From Chloroflexota bacterium (lineage in GTDB: Bacteria > Chloroflexota > UBA11872 > VXOZ01), in assembly GCA_963662335.2 (NCBI GenBank), contig CAXXVD010000003.1, forward strand, positions 480,001-544,000: 64,000 nt of DNA, in the 5' to 3' direction. Shown piece after piece: positions 36,693 through 47,082 of this stretch; position 1 is the first letter of the stretch, and each line of letters begins with the position of its first letter. Both the position numbers and the translations under genes were made by a program. The notes below the pieces were generated by a model. That model was not told where the DNA came from, ran no database searches, and saw nothing but the letters and a program-made list of their open reading frames with translations.

Positions 36693-37916
36693 ATGGCGGA
36701 AGAACTCGCGGCAGGACTGAGCGCGGGCGGCGCGACGCGGCCCGCCGGCTTTCTGGCGGACGGCGTATTTTGCGGCATCAAGGAACATGACCCGGCCGGC
36801 GAAAAACGCGACGTGGGCTGTCTGGTATCGGAACGTCCCGCCACCGTGGCCGGCGTCTTCACGAAGAACGTGGTGAAGGCCGCGCCGGTGCTGCTCGACC
36901 AGGAGCGCGTGCGGCGGGGCGCGACCCGCGGCATCGTCTACTGCAGCGGCAACGCCAACGCCTGCACGGGCGACCAGGGCATGGCCAACGCCCGGGAAAT
37001 GGCGGCGCAATTGGCGGCGCAGGTCGGCGTGGCCGCCGAGGACATCCTGGTCTGCTCCACCGGCATTATCGGCCATCAACTGCCCATGGAGACAGTCCGG
37101 GAAGGGATCAGCCGCCTCGCGCCCGCGAAAGACCGCCACCGCGACGCCGCTACCGCCATGCTCACCACCGACGCCTGGCCCAAGGAAGCCGCGGCCGAGT
37201 TCCAGGCCAACGGCGTCACCTACGCGGTCGGCGGCATGGCCAAGGGCGCGGCCATGATCCATCCCAACATGGCCACCATGCTCGTCTACCTCACCACCGA
37301 CGCGCCGGTTGGCAATGCCTTCCTGGACTCCGCGCTGCGGCGGGCGGTGGCTGATTCCTTCCACGTAATCAGCGTGGACGGCGATACGTCCACCAACGAT
37401 ACGGTGTTGGTTCTTGCCAACGGCGCGGCCGGCGGACCGGAAATTAACGGGGGCGCGGCTGGTGACGCTTTCGAGGACGCGCTGCGGGCGGTGGCCGTCT
37501 TCCTGGCCAAGGAGATCGTGCGCAACGCGGAAGGCGCCACCAAGATCTTCGGCGTGGAGGTGCGCGGCGCGCCCACGGCGGACGCGGCCCGCGTCATCGG
37601 CCGCGCCGTTGCCAGTTCCAGCCTGGTAAAGACCGCCTTCCTCGGCTCAGACCCCAATTGGGGACGCATCATGTGCGCGGCCGGCTACAGCGGCGTGGAC
37701 TTCGATCCCGACAAGGCCTCGCTCTGGCTGGAAGATATTCTGCTCTTCCGCAACGGGACGCCTACTGAATTTGACGAGGACGCCGCCTCGGCCCTGCTGG
37801 ACCGCAAGGAGACGATGTTCATCCTGGACCTGGCCGCCGGCGACGCCACCGCCACCGCCTGGGGCTGCGACCTGACCACGGAGTACGTCATCTTCAACAG
37901 CGACTACCGCACATAA
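36693..37916 (+). CDS. argJ: Bifunctional ornithine acetyltransferase/N-acetylglutamate synthase
   Basis: SGNANACTG, STGIIG, AKGAAMIHPNMATML, VDGDTSTND, DPNWGRI. Confidence 0.95.
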   Translation: MAEELAAGLSAGGATRPAGFLADGVFCGIKEHDPAGEKRDVGCLVSERPATVAGVFTKNVVKAAPVLLDQERVRRGATRGIVYCSGNANACTGDQGMANAREMAAQLAAQVGVAAEDILVCSTGIIGHQLPMETVREGISRLAPAKDRHRDAATAMLTTDAWPKEAAAEFQANGVTYAVGGMAKGAAMIHPNMATMLVYLTTDAPVGNAFLDSALRRAVADSFHVISVDGDTSTNDTVLVLANGAAGGPEINGGAAGDAFEDALRAVAVFLAKEIVRNAEGATKIFGVEVRGAPTADAARVIGRAVASSSLVKTAFLGSDPNWGRIMCAAGYSGVDFDPDKASLWLEDILLFRNGTPTEFDEDAASALLDRKETMFILDLAAGDATATAWGCDLTTEYVIFNSDYRT

Positions 37917-37949
37917 GAGGCCAAACTGCCTCAAGGGAGAGCGGGCGGC

Positions 37950-38720
37950 ATGACAGGTGAAGCCACACAAAACCCAATCCCGTTTGAGCCGGTAGTAACC
38001 GGCCACGTGACGCAGGCCCGGCGCGTTGGCAGAGGCCCGGCCATCTGGCTGGCGGGCGATCCCGCGGACCTCGCGCCCTGGATGGAGCGCGGCGCCGCCG
38101 GCATCGTCACCAACACCGTCGTCCTCAACGAGATGGTGAAGAAATACGGGCAGATAGCAGACGTCGTGCAGCGCTACCTGGACATCACCGACAAGCCCGT
38201 GGTCGTCGAAGTGGACGGCCACTCCACGGCGGAGTTGCTCGACGTGAGTCGCCGCTTTACCGGCATGTCCGACCAGATCATCATCAAGATTCCCTGCACC
38301 GTGCATGCGCTGGCGGCCTTTCGCTGTTTGGCGGAAGAGGGCGTCGAGACTTTCTGCACCACCGTCTTCTCGCTGCCCCAGGCGGCGGCCGTGGCCCAGG
38401 CGGGCGCGACCCACGTCCTGCCCTTCTGCGAGCCGGTGAAGCAGATGGGCGGCGACCCCACCAAGCTCGTGCGCGAGTGCGTGCGCATGTTCGCCGGCTG
38501 GGAGCACCGCCCCTACGTCACCGCCGCCCTCGTCAGGAGCGTTGACACTGCCTACGCCGCTCTGCGCGACGGCGCCGACGGCATCATCATCTTCTGGCCC
38601 ATTTTCCAGGAGATGCTGGCGCACCCGCTCACCGACACGTGGAACGAGACTTTCCTGGCCGAATGGGAGGCCATGCGCGACGCCGGCCGGCTGGCAGGCG
38701 TGCCGGTGAAAGACGGTTAG
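37950..38720 (+). CDS. Divergent transaldolase/FSA-family protein
   Basis: GIVTNT, IIIKIP Schiff-base Lys, TVFSLPQ, HPLTD. Confidence 0.8.
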   Translation: MTGEATQNPIPFEPVVTGHVTQARRVGRGPAIWLAGDPADLAPWMERGAAGIVTNTVVLNEMVKKYGQIADVVQRYLDITDKPVVVEVDGHSTAELLDVSRRFTGMSDQIIIKIPCTVHALAAFRCLAEEGVETFCTTVFSLPQAAAVAQAGATHVLPFCEPVKQMGGDPTKLVRECVRMFAGWEHRPYVTAALVRSVDTAYAALRDGADGIIIFWPIFQEMLAHPLTDTWNETFLAEWEAMRDAGRLAGVPVKDG

Positions 38721-39103
38721 CCGCCTGACGCTCTTCTCTGCGCGAGCGCACCCTGGATGAGCGCCCGCACCGCCGGCTTTTGGGCGTCAGCCAGCGAACG
38801 GATCTTCACGTGGCGCATCTTGGCACCGGATCCTTCCAGCAAATTGTCCGGGTCGCTCAGGTCCGCGCCCTGGTAGAAGCCGAGGTTGATCCACGACGTG
38901 TGGGGCAGAATGTAGGCGTAGCCGTCCTTCATCTTGCGCGGCCCCACGCCGTAGGTGGCGGCGCGATCGCCGAGACGCACCACCTCGCACGCCTGCGGGT
39001 CAACCTCGAGAATTACCTTCCGCAAAGCCGCGGCGATAGGGCGCAAAGGCTCTGACGTCATCCGCAGCAAGTCGTCGAATGTGCCAATCTTAGCCGCTGC
39101 CAT
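38717..39103 (-). CDS. DUF1801 domain protein
   Basis: INLGFYQGADLSDPDNLLEGSGAKMRHVKI. Confidence 0.85.
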   Translation of the reverse strand: MAAAKIGTFDDLLRMTSEPLRPIAAALRKVILEVDPQACEVVRLGDRAATYGVGPRKMKDGYAYILPHTSWINLGFYQGADLSDPDNLLEGSGAKMRHVKIRSLADAQKPAVRALIQGALAQRRASGG

Positions 39104-39205
39104 GCGTGATTCTCCCGTTGGAGACCGGAACTGGACGGCAGTGTATCATAGAGTTGACGCGGCCTGACGTGCGGCGCACTCCTTTCAGCAGACAGCGCAT
39201 TCGCA

Positions 39206-40057
39206 ATGCCCGGCATCGACCTTCACCTCCACACCACCGCATCCGACGGCGCGTTTGCGCCCGTCGCGCTCGCGCGCATGGCGCATGAGGCCGGGCTGGA
39301 CTGCATCGCCATTACCGACCACGACAGCACCGGCGGCGTGGCAGCGGCCCAGAAAGCCGGGCGCGAGTGCGGCGTGCGCGTGATCGCCGGCATCGAGTTC
39401 AACACCCTATGGCACGGCCAGTCGGTGCACGTGCTTGGCTATTTCGTGGACACGGCGCACCCGGAGTTGCAGACGGTTGTCGCGCGGCAGCGGGACGGCC
39501 GCCTCTACCGCGCGCAGCGGATGGTGGAAAAACTGGCGGCGCTGAACATGCCGCTTGACTGGCAGGAGATTCTGCGGGACGCCGGCGGCGGCGCGGTGGG
39601 ACGCCCCCATATTGCCAAGGCCATGCTTGCCCGGGGCTACGTGCGCGACTCCAACGAGGCCTTCGACCGCTTCCTCGGCCACGGCATGCCCGCCTACGTG
39701 GAGCAGCCCAAGCTCACGCCGGTTGAAGCCGTAACGTTGCTGCACCGCGCCGGGGCCGCGGCCGGCCTGGCGCACCCGTACAACGTGGAAGGCGCCGACC
39801 AGGTAGACCTGGACACCCTCGTGCCTGAACTCGCCGCGGCCGGCCTGGACGCCATCGAAACGTACTACACCGGCTACTCGGCAGCGCAGCGAGAGGCCAT
39901 CCTGGCGCTGGCAGCGCGTTTCGATCTGATCCCCACCGGCGGCAGCGACTTCCACGGCGGCGGCATCCTGCCCCAGGCCGAACTGGGCGCAATCCACGTG
40001 CCGCCGGCATCCCTCGCGCGTTTGGAAGCGGCCGCCCGGCAACGCGCGGCGCGGTAG
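39206..40057 (+). CDS. PHP-domain phosphoesterase (TrpH/YciV-like)
   Basis: DLHLHTTASDG, ITDHD, GRPHIA, LAHP, TGGSDFHG. Confidence 0.92.
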   Translation: MPGIDLHLHTTASDGAFAPVALARMAHEAGLDCIAITDHDSTGGVAAAQKAGRECGVRVIAGIEFNTLWHGQSVHVLGYFVDTAHPELQTVVARQRDGRLYRAQRMVEKLAALNMPLDWQEILRDAGGGAVGRPHIAKAMLARGYVRDSNEAFDRFLGHGMPAYVEQPKLTPVEAVTLLHRAGAAAGLAHPYNVEGADQVDLDTLVPELAAAGLDAIETYYTGYSAAQREAILALAARFDLIPTGGSDFHGGGILPQAELGAIHVPPASLARLEAAARQRAAR

Positions 40058-40119
40058 CGCGTTACCGCCGCGCCCGGTGCGGCAGGCTTGCCGCGTTTGC
40101 GTGTCCCAGAGCCTGATTG

Positions 40120-40290
40120 AAAAGTAGAGGCAGGGAGCCAATTGTGCCAGCCGGCTCGTGTTGGCGCCGTCAGCCACTGACAACCAGTGCGCACCACGTA
40201 CACGACGGCGTTCACCACCGCTCTCATGTCCCGTTCCGGCGGGCATCCCGGCCCCTTCCGACCAGGGAACAACTAACGAATGATGGGGCA
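40120..40290 (-). pseudogene. IS5-family transposase N-terminal remnant
   Basis: GPGCPPERDMRAVVNAVVYVVRTGCQW, then similarity decays. Confidence 0.7.
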
Positions 40291-40353
40291 ACGTGACCGC
40301 AAGTTTGCTGCTCGGCCAAGAATGCGCGCTGCGCCAGGAAAGCAAGCAAACAG

Positions 40354-41868
40354 CTACAGCGGGTCGGCAAACGCGCGCGTATCCGTGGCCGGGCCGTCGT
40401 AGTCGTCCAGGTAGTTCATCTCGCCGGTCAGCGGCCAGTGGTAGGGCTCCGGCGGGCGCACGTGGCGGGTCCAGCGGGCCATGAGTTCCAGGTCGGGAGT
40501 TTTCCGCTCGATGCGGCGGGCGATGTAGTTGGGGTTCCAGTCAACGTGCACCTCCGCCAGTAGTTGCTCCTGGATGTGCCGGTATTGCGGATCTGAGGCC
40601 AGGTCGGTGGTCTCGCGGGGGTCGTCCGCCAGGTTGAAGAGTTGCGCCGGTTCGCCGTGGTAGTAGTTCAGCTTCCACGGGCCGCGCCGCACCATGCGTT
40701 GGAAGCGGCCGTGGGGCGCGTACTCCGCCAGCGCCACGTCCTTCCAGGCGGCGCTCTCGCCGCGCAGCGCCGGCAGGAGCGAATCGCCCCGCCCGTGCGG
40801 CAGCGGCTCCGCGCCGAGGGCGTCCACCATGGTGGCCACCACGTCCACGGTGCTCACCGCCTGCGTGAAGCGCGCGCCCGCCGGCAGCCTGCCCGGCCAC
40901 GAAAATATAGCCGGCACGCGGATTGAGCCTTCGTAGAACGTCTGCTTGAACCAGAGGCCGTGCTCGCCCACCTGGTCGCCGTGGTCGGAGGTGTAGACGA
41001 CCAGCGTGTTCTCCGCCAGGCCGTTGGCCTCCAGCGCGTCGAGAATCTGGCCGATCATCGCGTCCATGCGGTCCACCAGCGCCCAATAGGCCGTGCGCGC
41101 GCGCATAGTCTCGGCGTCGGTGGCCTTGTCCAGGCCGCACTGCTCGCGCCACCAGCCGATGTAGGGATGCGGATCGCTGGGCGGCTGCGGGTGCGTCGGC
41201 GGCGGCACCTTGCCCCAGTAGCGGTCGTAGTCGGCTTTGCGCGCCACGTAGGGCTGGTGCGGCAGCAGATAGCCGACCGTGAGGCAGAACGGCTCGCGCA
41301 GCACGCCGGCGCGCCGTTGCCAGCCCAGGCGGTTGAGCGCGTCTACCGTCGCGGCGGTGGTGTCCTCGTCGATCACCTCGTAGCCGCTCTGGCCGGCGCC
41401 GGTGCGCTCCAGCGCCACGGCATAGGGCCCGGCCGTGCCGCCGCCCAACATGCCCAGGTCAATCCCCGTGCCGCCGGGATAGCTGGGCGTGGCGTCGCCG
41501 CCGCTGCGCTCGGCAAAGCCGTGATGCTGGTCCGCCCCCACGAAGTGCATGCGCCCGATGAGTTTAGGCCGGTAGCCCGCAGCCCCCAGGGCATGGGCGT
41601 ACGTGGGTATGCCGTGATCGAGAATGTGCCGGTTGTCCCAGGTCTCGATGTCGGTGGGGTACTGCCCGGTCATGTACGACATGCGCGCCGGCACGCAGAG
41701 CGGCGCGGTGCAGTAGAGGTTGTCCAGCACCACGCCGCCCGCGGCCAGCCGGTCCAGATGCGGCGTTTGCACCACCGGGTCGCCGTAGCAGCCCGTCACC
41801 ATGGGATTGTGTTGATCGGAGATGATGAAAAGCAAATTGGGACGTTGGGCGGACGCTTCTGCTGACAT
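40354..41868 (-). CDS. Cys-type sulfatase (choline-sulfatase-like)
   Basis: PNLLFIISDQH, CVPAR, GRMHF, TSDHG. Confidence 0.93.
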   Translation of the reverse strand: MSAEASAQRPNLLFIISDQHNPMVTGCYGDPVVQTPHLDRLAAGGVVLDNLYCTAPLCVPARMSYMTGQYPTDIETWDNRHILDHGIPTYAHALGAAGYRPKLIGRMHFVGADQHHGFAERSGGDATPSYPGGTGIDLGMLGGGTAGPYAVALERTGAGQSGYEVIDEDTTAATVDALNRLGWQRRAGVLREPFCLTVGYLLPHQPYVARKADYDRYWGKVPPPTHPQPPSDPHPYIGWWREQCGLDKATDAETMRARTAYWALVDRMDAMIGQILDALEANGLAENTLVVYTSDHGDQVGEHGLWFKQTFYEGSIRVPAIFSWPGRLPAGARFTQAVSTVDVVATMVDALGAEPLPHGRGDSLLPALRGESAAWKDVALAEYAPHGRFQRMVRRGPWKLNYYHGEPAQLFNLADDPRETTDLASDPQYRHIQEQLLAEVHVDWNPNYIARRIERKTPDLELMARWTRHVRPPEPYHWPLTGEMNYLDDYDGPATDTRAFADPL

Positions 41869-42140
41869 GCGCACTCTCCTTGGCGAGAATTACTCTAGTG
41901 TGGCGCGGCGCTGCCAAAACACTCGGAAACATGCCGCGCGGCACGCCCGATGCAGACCGCTTGCTTGGAGTGATAGTAGCACAGCAAGCGCGGCGGACTG
42001 GCGAGGATACTATAGTGCATCGTTCGCCCATCCGCCGCGCTCTTGCCGCATTGCCAGTCTACGCGGGCTCTCTGCAAACACGTGTGCGCGTCAAGCCATG
42101 CGCAGCGCGTGATTGCCGCACACGCACGAGGCTCTCGTTG

Positions 42141-43505
42141 CTAGCCGCCCAGACTGCTCAGGAACGTATCCATGATGGTCTGAAGCTCCACTTCGGTATC
42201 CCGCAGCGTCTCCTCGATGGTCTTTTCGCCGCCGAGGGCGGTCGGCACTACCCGAAGCGTGGCCCCAAGCATCTGAGGCGCGCCAGGCGCGGGGATGACG
42301 AAACGGCGGTTTTCCATCATTTCCACCGCGATCTGTAAGAAAGGATCGTTCTGGTGGTACGCCTCCTGGCGGGAAACGTCCGGCCGGATCGGGAGCGTGT
42401 TGAAATTGTGCGACCAGCGCACGTTCACGTCACCGCTGCCGAAGTATTCCAAGAACTTCCAGGCGTTCTCCGGCTGCTTGCTCTGGGTAGTCAGAATCCA
42501 GGTATGGCAACCGCCGTAGGTCATGTGGCGGCCGCCGGGCGGCGTGGGCCAATGCGCCACGTGATATTGCACGTCCGGCACATCCCGCTGCATGATGCTG
42601 TGGAGCGTGCTCGGCCAGTAGAGGTTGGCCACGTGGCCGTCGTAGAAGAGCAGATGGGGACGGGTATCCTTGCGGAAGTCTTCCAGCGCCTGCCAGCCGC
42701 CCTGCATCTCGTAGATCTTCATGAGCCAGCGCAGACCCTCGATACCCTCCGGCGTGTTGATGGTGACTTTACTGCCGTCATCGCTCAGCGTCTCGCCGCC
42801 CAACTGCCACATGGGCACCATCCAGATGCTGTTGATCTGCCAGAGGGGCGCAAACGCCACCTGTTCGGTGGTATCGCCGCTGATGCGCGTGAGCTTGGGG
42901 ATCGCCTCCTCCAACTCTTCCCAGCTTGCCGGCGGGTTCTCCACGTCCAGGCCGTTTTCCAGGTAGATGGTGTCGTTCATGTAGACCGGCCGCACGTCCG
43001 GGCCGAACGGCATGCCCTGGATCTGCCCCTGCCACGTAAGGTCGCGCTGCAGCGACGGCCAGATGTCTTCGCCGCGCACGACGTCAGACGCGGCCATGAA
43101 CGGACTCAGCGGCTGCCCGATCTCCAAGGCGGCGAGGGTCTGCGCCTGCCACGAGCCGGACTGGCCGATGTCCGGGCCGCTGCCGGCAGCCATGGCGGCC
43201 TGTAGTTGGGTGACGCGGTTGCCCTCGGGAATGGTCGGGTCTACCGTGAGACCGGGGTTCTGCTCCTCGAACTCCGCTACGACCTCGGCTCCCAGTCCCT
43301 CGCTGAGCGTCCAGAAGGGGACGGTGAAAATCGTGATCGTGTACGGCTCCGGCGCGGGCGCTTCCGTCGGCGCCGGCTCCGCCGCCGGCTTCTCTTCCAT
43401 GGTTTCCGCCGGCATGACGGCGGTACCGCATGCCGCCAGCAGGCCGGCCGCTCCGGTCAGCACGGCGCCGCGTAGTAGTGCTCTCCGGCTGGTCTTGACC
43501 CTCAT
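42141..43505 (-). CDS. ABC sugar-type solute-binding lipoprotein (Tat signal)
   Basis: SRRALL..LLAAC; PPASWEEL. Confidence 0.88.
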   Translation of the reverse strand: MRVKTSRRALLRGAVLTGAAGLLAACGTAVMPAETMEEKPAAEPAPTEAPAPEPYTITIFTVPFWTLSEGLGAEVVAEFEEQNPGLTVDPTIPEGNRVTQLQAAMAAGSGPDIGQSGSWQAQTLAALEIGQPLSPFMAASDVVRGEDIWPSLQRDLTWQGQIQGMPFGPDVRPVYMNDTIYLENGLDVENPPASWEELEEAIPKLTRISGDTTEQVAFAPLWQINSIWMVPMWQLGGETLSDDGSKVTINTPEGIEGLRWLMKIYEMQGGWQALEDFRKDTRPHLLFYDGHVANLYWPSTLHSIMQRDVPDVQYHVAHWPTPPGGRHMTYGGCHTWILTTQSKQPENAWKFLEYFGSGDVNVRWSHNFNTLPIRPDVSRQEAYHQNDPFLQIAVEMMENRRFVIPAPGAPQMLGATLRVVPTALGGEKTIEETLRDTEVELQTIMDTFLSSLGG

Positions 43506-43879
43506 CGTGGTCTCCTTTCGCCCGTTGCATGGGCACTCTGCGTGTACTCCTTCTTACCAAATGCCTTGCGTTGCGGACGAACGATTGCGGACCTCATGGC
43601 GGGCAGACGTGTTCTCAAGAAGATCCCTGCACCACGCGCCCTTGCAGCGGGCGGTGGACTTAGCCGATGAGGAATTGCCCTCGCCCCCGAGAGAGGGGGT
43701 AGTTTGCTGCGTGTCGAGGGTGCATCCGACCGAGACGCAGGGAGTATCTGCGCAATTGCCGGGAAAATGCAAAGATGACCGCAAGGCGGAGTGTCTACTA
43801 TGCCCCTTTCTCTAAACGACACTCTTGTCAAGAGTACACCGCACTGGCGCTGCGGGCAAACAGCCTGTGCTAAGGAGTC

Positions 43880-45307
43880 TCAGTCCTCGGCTACCCGCGC
43901 GACATAGCGCCGGATTTCCAGTTCCAGAGCGTCGCCCACGTCCGGGTGCTCAGCCAGCACGTTCCGCTGGTCGTAGGGATCGTCCGGCCGGTGGTAGAGT
44001 TCCGGCTCGGTGCGCTCTTGTCCATTGAGGAAGTAGAGGTAGCGCCACTCGTGGTCTTGCAGCGACCAGCAGCCCTGGTAGTGGCCCGAATAGGCGTAGT
44101 CGCGAACGCTCGCCGTTTCGCCGCGCAGCAGCGGCAGCACGCTGGCGCCGTGCATGGCGACGTCTTTGCGTCCGACGGCTAAGTCTTGCGGAAAAGTGCC
44201 GGCCGTGCGCGGCGCAATGTACGCCAGCGGCAGCGGCGTGGCAATGTCCAGCGCGTCCAGCACCGTCGGCATGAGGTCGGTGTGCTGCACCAGCGCCTCC
44301 ACGCGCGGCGGCGGCTCCGGCATCGACGCGCGCAGTTCCGTCGGCAGCTTGAGCACCCACGGCACGCGCACCAGTTCCTCGTAGTTCCACGGACGCGCCT
44401 TGCGCACGATGCCGTGCTCGCCGAACGGTTCGCCGTGGTCGCTGGTCCACATGAGCAAGGTATCGTCGTAGATGCCAAGATCCCGGATGTGGTCAAGCAG
44501 AATGCCCACCCACTTGTCCACGAACGTCACTTCGCCCGCGTAGAGTTCGAGGGTGCGTTGGAGTTCCTGCGGCGTGATGTAGCCTTCCACGGGCCCCGGC
44601 ACCGGATCGATGAGTTCTTGCCCGCTGTAGCCGGGGGTCTTGTACATGGACCAGTACGGCTCCGGCGGGTCCCACGGCTCGTGGGGATCGAAGTAGTCCA
44701 CCCAGAGGAAGAGCTTGTCGCGCACGCCTTTCTCCTTGACCGCACGATCCAGCCACTGCATGGCGGCTTGCGTCACCTGCGGCGTGAAGAAGTCTTCTTC
44801 ATCCCGGAAATGCGCGCGGTTGCGCAGGTATTGGACGTAGTACTCCTCCCACAGGGCGTCGCCTTGGTCGCCCCGCAGCCGGTGCCAGCGGCTCAGGTCC
44901 ACCGGCACGTCCTCCGTCACCCACGGGTCGATGGAGTTGCCGCGCACGAATTCAACCGTGCTGAAGCCCCGCCCGCAATTGAAGACCGGCTTATGCAGGT
45001 GGTAGGTGTCGGTTATTAGCGCAGATGAGAAACCCTTGTCCCAGAGCACTTCCGCCAGCAGGTAGTCGTCCAGCTTGAACGGCTGCCAGGGACGAAACGG
45101 GAAGTGCGTGCGGCCGGTCCAGAAGACGGTGCGCGCCGGCACCGTGGGCATGCTGTCGGCATAGGCGTGCAGGAAGGCCGTGCCGTCGGCGGCGAGGCGC
45201 TCCAGGTTGGGCGTCGCCACTTTAGCGCCGTGGTAGCGGTAGCAGAGCGGGTCCAGGCCGGTGTGGTCGGCGCGGAGACTATCGGTGCAGATGACGATGA
45301 TGTTCAT
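43880..45307 (-). CDS. Sulfatase-like hydrolase with Thr at the nucleophile position
   Basis: ICTDSLRADH, PTVPAR, FDPHEPWDPP, TSDHGE, ELY..PDDP. Confidence 0.9.
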   Translation of the reverse strand: MNIIVICTDSLRADHTGLDPLCYRYHGAKVATPNLERLAADGTAFLHAYADSMPTVPARTVFWTGRTHFPFRPWQPFKLDDYLLAEVLWDKGFSSALITDTYHLHKPVFNCGRGFSTVEFVRGNSIDPWVTEDVPVDLSRWHRLRGDQGDALWEEYYVQYLRNRAHFRDEEDFFTPQVTQAAMQWLDRAVKEKGVRDKLFLWVDYFDPHEPWDPPEPYWSMYKTPGYSGQELIDPVPGPVEGYITPQELQRTLELYAGEVTFVDKWVGILLDHIRDLGIYDDTLLMWTSDHGEPFGEHGIVRKARPWNYEELVRVPWVLKLPTELRASMPEPPPRVEALVQHTDLMPTVLDALDIATPLPLAYIAPRTAGTFPQDLAVGRKDVAMHGASVLPLLRGETASVRDYAYSGHYQGCWSLQDHEWRYLYFLNGQERTEPELYHRPDDPYDQRNVLAEHPDVGDALELEIRRYVARVAED

Positions 45308-45604
45308 GAGAAGAGGCCACTCCTAGCTACATGACGAGCGGGGTGAGGGTTATCGAAATGAAGTGTAAATGGTGTGCGGCTTGGTTCACCCATCCCCGTG
45401 GGTCAAGCCCCGCGTCGGAAACGGGTCAGACTATGCGTACTGCTGCCATACAGGTGCAACTAACCGGAATCGGCATTGGTCCCCGTTCAACCCGAACGAG
45501 CATTCCCTATCAACCCTTGCCGTACACGCATAGAGTAGCGGGGGGCAAGCCCCAATGCTGTCGCCTTAAACAGAAAGGCAGCAAACTCGCGTCCATAATT
45601 TCCG

Positions 45605-45695
45605 GTAGCACAGGTTTGTAACCTGTGAATTTGTTAGGTCAATCCTTGCCGTGTCAGTTTCAATAACCCCGGCGGGGGACAAGCCCCCGCGCTAC
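45605..45695. repeat. 91-bp hybrid REP doublet
   Basis: GTAG...CTAC ends; same length as 51644-51734 and 53261-53351. Confidence 0.8.
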
Positions 45696-45763
45696 TCTGA
45701 TACCGGACGCAGCAAACATCCAGTGCAATCCTATCCGTTCGTTAGTCTTTCGGCAGTAGTTCG

Positions 45764-46867
45764 CTAGCGGAACTGCGGCACGTCGAGCCAGACGCCGCCT
45801 TGCATGGCCGCCTCGTGGGCGATGATGCCGGGGGCGGTGAACTCCACGGCGCGCACGGCGTCAATAGGGGCCTTGGTGTTGGTGTCGATCGCGTCAATGA
45901 AGTCCTGCACCAGGAAGAACTCGGACGTACCATGGCCGCCAAGCAGGGCCTCCGGCGGTGCGTTGGGATCCACGAGCGGGCAGTCAATCTCTTGCGCCCC
46001 GGTCTGTTTGGACATCGTATCCACGTTAAAGTAACGTCCGGTTGAATAACGTCCGGTTGCAGCGCGGTTTTCTACGTAGCGACCGTTCTCGATAAACCCC
46101 TTGGCGCCGTAGAGCGAGGAAAAGGCCAACTGCGGATGCCGGAGCGCTACCTGGCTACGCTGTATTTTGATGACGCTGCCCTTCTCGGTATGAAAGAGCC
46201 CAACTTCCATATCCAGGTGGCCTAAGTCCTCTTCTTCCGGGAAGATGTTCCTGCCGGCGGACGCGCCGGTGGCCTTTACGATGCGGTCGTCCATGAGCGT
46301 GAGTAACGGCCCCAGCGGGTGCGCGCAATACCAAATCGGCGGGCGCGTCAGGCGCCACTTGGGCGTGCCGGTGTCCGGGTCGCGCAGCAAGTGCGCGATC
46401 TCGTGAATGTAATCCGCCTCCGCATAGAAGAGCGTGCCGAGGTCCCCCCGCGTGATGAGTTTGCGCCACTCGCGGATGTAATGAAAATAGCAGTGATTCT
46501 CCACCATCATGTAGACGTTGCCGGTACGCTCTTGGGCGGAAATGACCGCTTCACACTCATCCAGCGTGTAGGCGACGGTCTGTTCACAGAGCACGTGCTT
46601 GCCGCTCTCCAAGGCGGCGATGGACTGTGCTGCGTGAAACTCGATAGGCGTGGCGATCACAACGATATCCAGCGCAGCGTTGACGAATTCGTCGAATGCC
46701 GTGTAGAGCGCACTATCGGGCAGGTTGAAGTCTCCGCCCACAGTGGCGAGAAGCTCTTCCTTGAGATCACAAAGAGCCGCAACTGCGACGCGTGGATGCG
46801 CGGCCATGGCGCGCAAGAGCGCGCCGCCGCGGTGGAGACCGACAAAGCCGACTTTCAGGTTCTCCAC
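45764..46867 (-). CDS. Gfo/Idh/MocA oxidoreductase
   Basis: VGFVG, IATP..HA, GKHVLCE, YAEADYIH. Confidence 0.9.
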   Translation of the reverse strand: MENLKVGFVGLHRGGALLRAMAAHPRVAVAALCDLKEELLATVGGDFNLPDSALYTAFDEFVNAALDIVVIATPIEFHAAQSIAALESGKHVLCEQTVAYTLDECEAVISAQERTGNVYMMVENHCYFHYIREWRKLITRGDLGTLFYAEADYIHEIAHLLRDPDTGTPKWRLTRPPIWYCAHPLGPLLTLMDDRIVKATGASAGRNIFPEEEDLGHLDMEVGLFHTEKGSVIKIQRSQVALRHPQLAFSSLYGAKGFIENGRYVENRAATGRYSTGRYFNVDTMSKQTGAQEIDCPLVDPNAPPEALLGGHGTSEFFLVQDFIDAIDTNTKAPIDAVRAVEFTAPGIIAHEAAMQGGVWLDVPQFR

Positions 46868-47082
46868 TGCATTGCCTTCCCATCTCTCAAATGAGCAGGA
46901 TCGCTTCGGGGACTACCTTGCGCCGCTCACAAGCGAGACCTGCGTCGGCACGCTTGCGCCGTACTTCCGTCAAGGTGGATGGGGCCGCGTAAGCGTATCC
47001 CGGGTTGGCGGGCTATCGTGCGCTTCAGCGTGTCGCTACGCGACGGGCCGGAAATCCGCGCACGCATGCGAAGCAGTCCGAC

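Noticed and set aside
43506-43835. Riboswitch in the long SBP leader
   Set aside because: Some hairpins but no recognisable aptamer; needs an Rfam search
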